A DNA stretch of 63,330 nt, the filler included, from Collodictyon triciliatum (Eukaryota): the NCBI GenBank assembly GCA_043381765.1. It is 8 parts of 8 records of this genome, joined end to end, with 100 filler letters (N's around TTAATTAATTAA, not from the genome) between each part and the next. Parts side by side here need not be neighbours in the genome. Positions count along the whole stretch, not along the records: positions 17,001 to 25,406 come from JBHJMP010003442.1; positions 25,507 to 33,901 come from JBHJMP010003443.1; 6 more parts are not named here. One strand, 5' to 3'. Shown here in pieces: positions 17,289-26,836 of this stretch; within the stretch, counting starts at the first letter, position 1, and every line of letters begins with the position of its first letter. The position numbers and the translations under genes were made by a program. The notes beneath the pieces were generated by a model that worked only from the letters and a program-made list of their open reading frames with translations, did no database searches and was not told the origin of the DNA.

Positions 17289-19088
17289 TCAACTTAATGT
17301 GCAGTTTTCTTTTAGAGCAGTCCCCTGGTTAAAGGGATTTGAAGCCTCTGTGACTCTCCATCTGCTCCATGCGTTAGCAAATCCCATGTGGAAGATGGGT
17401 AATTCAGTTATCTATTTAGTTCGGCATCAAAAGTGTAAGATATGACTTATTCTTGGCTGTTATTTATATTGAAGAAAAAAAACGGGGGGAACCCCGAAAG
17501 AGAAGAAAATAAAAAAAATTGTGCTTAAAAATATCATGTGATGGGATATTTCTTGTCTGGTACATAAGCATTACAACTCACCTTGTTGTCTGTAATATCT
17601 AACGTTTCGAGGTTGCTTAGTTGGTTTATTGTTTCGGGGAGTTGGCTTAGCTTATTTATTTAGTGAATGTCTAGTTGAGTAGTCCATTCAAATGTGATAT
17701 CGGCAAAATAATGCATCGTTACATGTTTGTTTACTTTATGACATAGGTTACCTCGTTTTCTGATATATCCAGATGTGCTATAGAAGGGATCGAGCATAGA
17801 GATTCAGGGAACTGTATAAGCTGCTTAATTTTAATTAAGAACTGCCTGCAGAATTACGCAGTATGTATTATCAAAATAATCACCCTGTTTCTCCTTAAGC
17901 ACAAGTATGTCAAATTCTCCAAGAGTGTGAGATTCTTTGGCAGAGAAGTGAGTCCCATATCATACAAACTCAAGGATTTCAATCGGATATGGGTCGTAGT
18001 TGGTATCCACTCAGCCCTCGGCGATGAGTCAATCTGTTAATAAAATTTTGAATGTGTCATCTATAAGAATCAGGTGGTTTATACTTTTCCATCCATGGTG
18101 TAATTCAATTTTAGGTGTGTATTGAATACCGCTCCACAGAGGCGCAGCTTTCGAAGAGTTTGAAAGTCTTTGTGTTTTTTATTTCTCCAACATGGGAGAT
18201 TTGTGATACCACTTGGAGCCCTTTTGATGGTATGTACCTCCGAGCCTCCAATCAAGAAATCTTTCAGATTCTTTAGCGTTGTGAATTGTTGAGGGAGCTC
18301 TTCTATCTGCATTTTGAATGAACAATAAACCGACTTTTCAAACAAGAACATATGGTCAATAAAAAAAATAAAAAAAAAAACGAAAGTGAAAATCAACATA
18401 AACTAACCGGATTATTATGGATACTAATTGACGACAGATTTGTCAAGAACAGTATTTCTGTAGGGAACAATGAGAAAAGATTCGCAGAAACATCCAAACT
18501 TAAAAGATTTATCAAAATAGATATTCCTGACGGCAGCGATGATAACTGATTAGCCTCAACATAAAAACCTAAGAGGTTTGTTAGGCAGGATATTTCTAGT
18601 GGCAGGAATGACAGCTCGTTACGATTAACACTAAGACCCTGAAGATTCGTTAAGCAGGATATTTCTGGAGGCAAGAATGACAAATGATTTGCAGAGATAT
18701 CCAGATCTTCTAAACGTGTCAAGTGCAGTATTTCTAGAGGAAATGACGATAACTGATTGGCTCCAACATAAAAACTTAAGAGATTCGTTAAGCATGATAT
18801 TCCTGGTGGCAAGAATGACAACTGGTTGTAATCAACACCAAGACTCTGGAGATTCGTTAAGCAGGATATTTCAGGCGGTAGGAATGACAGACGACTTATG
18901 CGAACATACAATTTCTCTAGACGTGTCAGGAACGATATTTCTGGCGGAAGGGACGACAACTGACTTTCTATTAGGCACAATTTTACCAAACAAGTCGACG
19001 CCAAGATCGATGGAGGAAAACACCTCAACCGCTCCGTAAAACACAGAATCGAAGAATTTAGGAAGATCGTCCTAGCTCCGCTCTGCAT
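17289..19088 (-). CDS. LRR-only protein, paralogue of the N-terminal region of the Roco gene
   Basis: Exons 19088(start uncertain)-18408, 18306-18130, 18033-17884, 17820-17752, 17650-17582 and 17411-17289; all introns GT-AG, phase 0; 23-aa LRRs throughout. Confidence 0.88.
18408..18959 (-). repeat. Coding tandem array of eight 69-bp LRR units with a 207-bp higher-order period
   Basis: 552 bp = 8x69. GATAACTGATT..CAACATAAAAAC recurs at 18541 and 18748, 207 bp apart. Confidence 0.92.
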
Positions 19089-19527
19089 ATTGCTTCGTGC
19101 GCCGAGTAGTACGAGTTTGTTCGACACTCGGACGAGGTTATTGGGATGATACTTTTGTACTTTGATCTATTCCACTTTCAATTAGTGCAGAGCATGAGAT
19201 TAGATGAATGTTTGGTGAATGGGTGGTATTCGACCGACTTTGACGGCCGGCTCCCAACATAATTACTAAAGATTATGCTTGTTACGCGAAGAACGAAAGA
19301 GAAGAAAAAAAGAAAGACAATGCAAAACTCATGCAGCTGTGCCTATTTGTATTTCAACCTGTGTTCACAGCTATCTGTCTGCTACGTTAGCCAGTTCGCC
19401 AGGAATGAGACACATGTTCGAAGAAAGTGTCCAGATTTCCAAGAAACGAAAAGGCATTATCTGCGAATGCGCCCAGCAAAAAGTAATATTTCGCGTGCGG
19501 TTCTGTCAAAAAAAAAAATTTTTTTTT

Positions 19528-19800
19528 TCACAAAATAGATAATGAATATCGCTCTGGTCGCCTGAACTTCGCAGAAAATACAAAGTTGTTGCTTGCGTGC
19601 TCGAGTAGAAAGGAGCATCACGATTTCTGGGGGAACCGTGGGATTTGATTGTAGTTTTCGTAGTTGATAAATGGGTGTGATAGAAGGTTGTTTAGCCATT
19701 ATGCATTTTATGGTAGAACCGGTGATCATGGTGGTGATGATGGGGCGGCAATTTCGGAAACTTTTGGGGGTTGTGTCCATCGGCGTAGGTCTTTACCTTT
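19528..19800 (-). mobile_element. Possible decayed LINE ORF2 C-terminal (zf-RVT-like) fragment
   Basis: Broken frames read WTQPPKV .. LCIFCEVQ/DQSDIHYLFC, resembling the W-xxx-PPKV .. CxxC .. HxxxC motif. No intact ORF. Confidence 0.3.
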
Positions 19801-20364
19801 GATCAACGATACGATAGGTATTATCAGCGAGTTGCAACGGGATAAACTTATACTCTATATTTTTTGTTTTGCGCTTAGATTAACGATTTTCTGGAGACGT
19901 TATGGGTGCTCATTTAAAAGCTAGGTGAACACCCTTGGCAAATCCAAATCTATTATCCGGCATCATACGTGCAACCAAGAGAGAAACAATATATATAGAA
20001 ATCACATACCTCATCAGATAAACTCTATCATGAAGCTGCAAATACACTTCTAGAAGTCAAAACAAAAAAAGCCAATCAAAGGAATAGTACCTATTTATGT
20101 GAGCCCAATCAACGTTTCATCAGCAGATCCATTATTAGTTTAATTTTCTCCCAAAAGAAAAAAACAAAATAAAAACAAATAAAAACAAATAAAAAACACA
20201 TAAACAAATAAAAGGAAGGATGGACGGAAGACCTGAGTATGAGACATTTGGACTCCACTAGATAATAGGCAGAAAATGTCACAGGATGGAAGAGAGGAGA
20301 GGAGGAAGAGTTGAGCGCTGTTGAACAGACGAATTGCGCATTACCTTAGCAGACCAAAGCACGC

Positions 20365-20938
20365 TCACTCGCCCGGAGAGTCAGAGACAAAGTCTGCCGG
20401 GGCGCCCAAAGCCGAATGCACGAGACCCTCTGCAACACACACAGCGTGGACACAGTCGCCCTCGTGCGAGATGCTCAGAAGAACCCGGTCGATCCCGTGT
20501 CGCTGAAGATGCCCACGAGCAAACTCCCCGCTGAACCACACCACGGGGCGCAGCGGCCGCTCTGCCTCTGACTCCGATTCCATCTGCTGCGGCCTGTGCG
20601 GAATGCAGATTGCCGGGAACAGCAGGCCACACCCGCGGCGTCCGTGGCACGCCTTGAACACAGCCTCCTTGCTGGCCCACCTACCGCGCCCAAGGTCAAT
20701 AGCCACCCCACATGCGCCCAGACAGCCGCGAGAGAGGCAAAGCGCCCGGGGAACCGTACCTGGTGGCCAGAAAGCGGGCGGCTGGGGGCGGGCTCGGATC
20801 CGCAAGGAACTCGCGCAGCTCTGCGGGGTGCAGAATCCGGCCTGCCAGCCGCGAGTCCTGCAGCGCGCTGTTGCCCAGGAGGCGCGAGAAGCGCGAGATC
20901 AGCGTCACGTCCGTCCCGAGGCCGATGATTCCGCGCAT
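20365..20938 (-). CDS. Holo-[acyl-carrier-protein] synthase (AcpS/Ppt2-type phosphopantetheinyl transferase), one intron
   Basis: MRGIIGLGTDVTLISRF..RILHPAE..RFLATR|WASKEAVFKA..VLLSISHEGDCVHAVCVAE; GT-AG intron at about 20681-20759. Confidence 0.92.
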
Positions 20939-21143
20939 GGCCCTTTGTATCTTTTTTTTTTGTATTTCGTGGGGATTCGTTGCTGCTTCTGACAAAGGAG
21001 AGGGGCTTAGGTCGGTGGCTGTGTGGCCTTGAAAAAGGGAAGGGGCGTTCTAGTGATGCCAGATTGGGGATGAGAGCTCGGCAGGTACAGGGGGTGTTTT
21101 ATTGATACCAGATTGGGGATGAGGGCGGAAGACAAAGGGTGGC

Positions 21144-22205
21144 TCAGTTGAGCAGGGATTCGATGCGGAGCATATGAGCGCGGGAGGAGACGACGTGCGG
21201 GCTGCGTGAGTTGTGGTCGTGGCTGTGGCTGTGGCTGTGGCTGTGGTCGGAGGGTGTGTGGGGGCGGCGGGCGCGCTTTGCCAGGCGGCGCAGGTGGAAG
21301 AAGCGGTGTCTGCATGCGGCGTGGTCGGGCTGGGCAATGCGCGCGGCGAGGGCGGGCCAGTCGATGCGGTCGAGCAGGGCGGCCGGGGCGGCGGCGGGGT
21401 CGCCCGAGGAGCCCAGTGCGGCGTGCAGCAGCTGCGAGTCGCGGCGCGGGGTCCAGCGGAGGCGGGCCAGGCGTGGGGCCAGGACGCGGGTCCAGCGCTG
21501 GCAGCACTGGTCGGCCGTGCGGGGGGTCCTGTCGTCTGCGCGGGGGGTCCTGTCGTCTGCGTCTGCGGCGGCCGCCAGTAGCTGGTGCACGCGCTGCGCT
21601 ATCCGCTTCCACTGCCGCGCCCCGTACTGCCCCGCCGCCTGCGCCAGGCACTCGTCCTCCCGCGGCTGCCACACCCGGCTGCGCTTGCGCGAACGCCCGT
21701 CCTCCCACTCCATCAGCGCCGTCGGCGGCCGGGGCGGCGTCGCCTGAGGGGCCTCCGGTGCGCTCTGGTGCGGCGCAAAGTGCAGCACGCAGGAGGCTGC
21801 TGTTGCTGCCGCCGCAAACATGCCATTTGGGGATGCCCCGCCGCTCGCAATCTGCTCCTGCAGCTGCAGCGTCTGGAAGAGCGCCGTGCGCCGGTGCTGC
21901 TCGAATGCGCGGCAGAGCTCCGGCTGGTACTGCGTCCCTGTGGGCGGCCACGAGGTCAGTCGAGGCGAGGCAAGGCGAGGCGAGGTGCAGGGAGGTCCCA
22001 CACGAGGGGGCGGTGGGCGTGTTTGTTTGGCATGTTTGTTTGGCATGTTTGTGGGGCGGCTTCTGAGTCATGGGAGCGGCTCGATACCTTGGAAGACGAG
22101 GCGCTCCGGTGCTGCTGGGCCGTGGGCCGTGAAGGGCATCGGCTTGTTGCGGACGGGATCCCAGACAAAGACGCCTGATGGGAGGAGTGTGCTTGCGCAG
22201 GACAT
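21144..22205 (-). CDS. Myb-domain protein with two Myb/SANT repeats, one intron, GC-rich
   Basis: WQPREDECLAQAAGQYGARQWKRIA..RTADQCCQRWTRVLAPRL and WTPRRDSQLL..IDWPALA..CRHRFF. Probable first exon MSCASTLLPSG..RLVFQ; a 21-bp tandem duplication (DDRTPRA) lies inside repeat 1. Confidence 0.8.
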
Positions 22206-22711
22206 GCTGGGTGTGCGCCGTGGGGTGTGTCGACAACGGGGTTCTGAGGTCGGGTGGATGTCTGAGTGTGTCTTCTGGATGCGCGGGCTATGCAGCAGCC
22301 AGCAAAGTTATGTCGCTCTTTCGCCATGTCTCTTTTTTCTTATTTTTTTCTTTCTTGTGTTGCTACTGTCGAGATGGTGTTTCGAAGCGGGAATTGATTC
22401 GATGCGGTCTGAATGGTTCTTCGTCGTCTCTGTGTCTCTTTCTCGCTCGCTGCGCCAACAAGCCAAGCCTCATCCGATACAGCCCCATGCATCGCACACG
22501 CCTGTTCCACAGGGGGTTGGGCGGTTGGTGGATTTCTGGCGTGGGGTTGGTGAAGGAACTGGTGTCTGTGTGATGAAGCGTGCTGTTGTGATGGATTCTG
22601 GCCAGGCACCAATAAATAGGGGAAAAAATCCTAGTCTATTCGGGCTGCGTCGTTTATATACGTGCACAACGGGGGATAGAAGGCTCCTTGTATGGTAAAA
22701 GGGCTGTTGTT

Positions 22712-22870
22712 CGTCACGACACGTCACGACACGCACAGTTTTTTCGGAAATGACACAGAAGGTCGTGTGATGAGGTCACGTGACGACCACTTGTCGCATT
22801 TTGTTCTGTTTCTGGGGCGAGAATAGGAAGCCGGGCACGTGATTTCAGCCCCTTTGACGTCATGTGACGA
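22712..22870. promoter_or_regulatory. Cluster of E-box/CRE-like palindromes in a divergent intergenic region
   Basis: GTCACGTGAC 22775-22784, CACGTG 22836-22841, TGACGTCA 22855-22862 and repeated GTCACG half-sites; function inferred only. Confidence 0.35.
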
Positions 22871-23719
22871 CCTAGGTTGGAACTTTGCTACATATATAGA
22901 CCAATTCTTTGAAGAATGCGGCGCGTGCGCAGATAACGAATTTACCATAAATAGATAAGCCTGCTGCTTTTTTGCCAAAATAGGATGCTTAGACCGTGCA
23001 TGGAAATTGTTGGTGGCAGCTTTTTTCGGTTCAGCTTCCACTTACAGCAGAATGCTTGACCGTGTTACTTATTAAGTAACATCGTACCTTGGCTTTCCTA
23101 TATGCGAAAACCTCAACCACTTAAGGCTACTTACTCCATCCAAGCCATTGAAATGATTCTGGAAAATAAGCATAATTCACCCTAAGAATCACTGGTAGCT
23201 TTGAAAACACCTAAGTAATACATCTGCATCAATTGTATGTCCTATGTAATTAAAAATTAAAGTTAGAAGCCAGACGGGTGATTATTTTTCAAGAAATTCA
23301 TCAATTGCACAATATCCGTGTGTTTCCTCAGCGTCAATAGAACTTTTTTCCCTTAAATATGTTAAAGGTAGTTTCAGTGGTACTAAATACTATTATATAA
23401 TATAATATATCAAAAAATATAATAATTATATGCTTTAGATCGATATATATATTAGTTTTATTATTTCATACATAAAATCCAAAAATATAATAACATTTTG
23501 GTTCAAAATTCAAACATTCGAAAATACTAGATTGTGCAATTTGCCAGCACCAACCCGCTTGTGACACACCCAGACCATCCAAACAGCGCGAACCCAAGGC
23601 ATATAAGTGGCATATTTTTGCTTCCGTCCTTCCCTGCCAGGTACACAACAATAATATACCCGCTGTCACTCGCGCTCAAGAATCTTCAGGCAACCGTCCA
23701 CCAGCACAAGCAAAACACC

Positions 23720-24522
23720 ATGAGCACTCGCACGTTCAGCGGAATCGACCATCTCGACCGCCCATCCTCCCGCGTCCATGCCCCACCAGGTAAACCAGCG
23801 TCCAGTATCCACACATCCATCGATTCCAAACGTCTCAGGTTCCCCACTCTCTCTCGTCCTCATACTTATGACACACTTCACTGGAACGGCCATAATCCAA
23901 TATTCTTTCTCATCCTACAACCTAAGGTGGCCGCTCCTCCAATATATTCGGCACAGACCCAACGCCCTCTACGTCTGCCAACTCTGGCGCAACTTACACA
24001 CGGACAGTAGGCCGTGCTGCCAGCCCATACTCGTCCAACGCCTTCGGCTCAGACTCTGTTCCCACCCAAGCCCCAGCTCAGACATACGGCCGCCCCAGCA
24101 ACCGCAATGCGCAGTCTTCCTCTGCGAATATCTTTGGCACAGACGACACTTCGTCAGCAGCCACCGGGGCCCGCTCGTACTCTCGAACAGCTGCTGTGAA
24201 CGCTGCGTCCTCCAACATCTTTGGAGATTCTCAGGACTATGCACAGCCCCGCCTTTCCTCTCGAAATGCGCCATCCCAATCGGCTCCATTTGCCACGACA
24301 GAGAACTCGTCACTCGCTGCTTACAGCACTTCGTCATCATCCCAGTACCAGCGCGATGGACCTGCACAATCGCGACAGAATGGTTCCTCATTTGGCTCGG
24401 CGAAGGCGGATGAACCATACACGAGTTCGAAGGGTCCGGACTCGGCCAATGAGCCAAGACACGCCCGCACTAGTGTGCGCTGCCACCACCCACCCGGTGG
24501 TCGCTCACAAATCACCTTCTAG
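23720..24522 (+). CDS. Jupiter/HN1/SPIRAL1-like PGG-motif protein, one intron
   Basis: MSTRTFSGIDHLDRPSSRVHAPPG|GRSSNIFG, internal SSNIFG-type repeats and C-terminal RTSVRCHHPPGGRSQITF*; intron 23790-23926. Confidence 0.75.
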
Positions 24523-25506
24523 TTTGTGCATATCCTGGCTGTCCGCCCAGTTCTTCCACTCTCGTTTCTTCTTCTGCTGCATTCAAACCTCTCGACTGCT
24601 CATATTATGATGACTTTTTCCATCTAACTCCCTGTTACTCCATCTCACACATGGCCTTTCACTGGGGTTGTGACTCTCGCAAGCCCAAACCCTGATGAAC
24701 TAATCGGCGCATCCGGGGCCAATCGAACCACGAGTCCACAGCCGCGTGGGTAGGCGCCAGTAGCGTCCGCCCAGATGCTGTAGCCGGGTTCGAGCCACAG
24801 TGCTTGTTTGTACCATAGTGTTGAGAAGTGAAGTTCTTCCCTGAATAGGAGCGCCTATCTTCACGCTACCCAATCGACGAGTACGACAATATAAACCAAT
24901 CTTCAACCATACCAGCCTCGTTGCGCATAGTCGGTTGAAGACAAGCAAAGAAACACACTGCCAGAATCTGCGCTGCTGCTGTTACGCCCTTACCTACCGG
25001 ATTCTGAAATATTCCAAATAAGGTGTATTCAACTAAAACGGATTCTTTTTTGACTTTCACAACCACATTCAGTTGTTGACGCTCAACACTTTTTTTCCAT
25101 CATGCTTTCGTGTTTAAAATCTTTTTGCTGTTTATTCTCTTTTTTTTTTTTTTCGGTTTTGCTTTTTTTTTTATACTTTTTGCCGCACACGTCGACCTTC
25201 GGCGAGCCGGCTCAGCGGATCGCAAGAGAAACAACTTTCTGAAGGCTGTCGTGGGCCATGGGCGCTCTGTTCGGTTATATAATAAATGAAAATAAATGAA
25301 AATAAATGAAAATAAATGAAAATAAATGAAAATAAATGAAAATAAATGAAAATAAATGAAAATAAATGAAAATAAATGAAAATAAATGAAAATAAATGAA
25401 AATGAANNNNNNNNNNNNNNNNNNNNNNNNNNNNNNNNNNNNNNNNNNNNTTAATTAATTAANNNNNNNNNNNNNNNNNNNNNNNNNNNNNNNNNNNNNN
25501 NNNNNN

Positions 25507-25523
25507 TTTATTTATTTATGTAT

Positions 25524-25598
<75 letters not shown>

Positions 25599-26340
25599 TT
25601 TTTCGTTTCCCTCGTTTATTCTTCGGGGCCATCACCCTCGGGTTTTCGGGAGGGGTGAAGCGGCCACGGGTTTGCCCCAGGCCCGGACTCTTGCGCTGAT
25701 CAAGCCACAACAGCAAGCCGATTGATCAAAAACAAGAAAATTGTTGATTACACCAGGCTGTGACCAAATTCGATGTGTCTTGGAATTACCCTATGATGGC
25801 GGAGGCTTTTGGCGCCCCATCCCCATCGGCATCCCTCCCTGATAAGAACTGAACCCTTAAAAGGACGCCCCAAGCAAAGCGTTTGGGCTCTACCAACAAT
25901 TACACGCGATGGCGCATTCCGACTCGGCAGGAGGCAGCCCCATGGCTTTAGTTCGGCTCCAGATAGTAGTCGATCCAGAGGGATATAACTCACCCAACAT
26001 ACATGCGCCAATATTCTAATTACACCCTTGGATTTTCTCTCATAATCCCGGGGGCCTTGTGAGGGTTGCGCGCTTCTCTTGCGAGGGTGACAACCCCATT
26101 GATGAGGACATTCAAGTGATGTGTACAAAGCAATCACCCAAGAACTTGTAGATACCTAAGCAAATACTTCCTGATGAATACCAGAGGCCAAATCTCAGCG
26201 GCTCAAACATTCCAGAAATGTACGCTCCTATTGTATGAAGAGCTTGGAGGAGGCTACAATGTCGGGTAAAATGGGAATGGCATTCTTTCGCTCGCCATCG
26301 GCTGCGAGCGGTCTGTGGAGAGTAAAGCCATTGAGATATT
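25507..26340 (-). mobile_element. Probable decayed 3' end of an RLE-type (CRE-like) non-LTR retrotransposon with structured 3' UTR and (TAAA)n tail
   Basis: Broken frames in the expected order: TFLECL/LRFGL..C..LGD, HHLNVLINGVVTLAREA, YERK..YIPL..GA. Then three hairpins (25627-25728), AATAAA and (TAAA)n. Motifs are degenerate. Confidence 0.4.
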
Positions 26341-26547
26341 TTTTTCTTCAGAACATAATGCTTCATTACCCTTTTTATTGATGGTATTAACTACTCGCAA
26401 ATGCCATTAGCAAGAATTTATAATATCTATTTCACGCACTAACCAGCCACGTGTGAGTTTTTTTTTTTTTTCCGAGCTGCTTGGTTCACAACACCTCAAT
26501 GCACTTTGTGCGCCCCAAATATCTTTTTGTCACTTTTTTTTTCTTTT

Positions 26548-26580
<33 letters not shown>

Positions 26581-26581
26581 C

Positions 26582-26617
<36 letters not shown>

Positions 26618-26836
26618 GTATCAGTTTTTCTCATACAAGAAAGTAATCTACTTGCCGAAGCCCATTATCATGTGTTTCAGTCGCCCGCCCGCCACCTCTC
26701 CCTCGAATCTTCATACTCTACTTTTCCTATGACTTTTATCCAGCAGATCCTCAAAACCAAAGGACAGCACCAACTTGCTCACTCGTGGACAAAGCCCATA
26801 GCCCGTCCAAACCGCCTGCGTCCTACTTCTGCTGTA

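Noticed and set aside
18408-18959. CRISPR-like repeat/spacer appearance
   Set aside because: An in-frame coding LRR array in a eukaryotic gene; repeats are not identical and no cas genes are present.
20321-22698. Many long overlapping ORFs on both strands
   Set aside because: Shadow ORFs caused by high GC; only the AcpS and Myb frames carry recognisable motifs.
24607-24695. Possible C/D-box snoRNA (ATGATGA..CTGA)
   Set aside because: No good terminal stem or recognisable rRNA-complementary guide.
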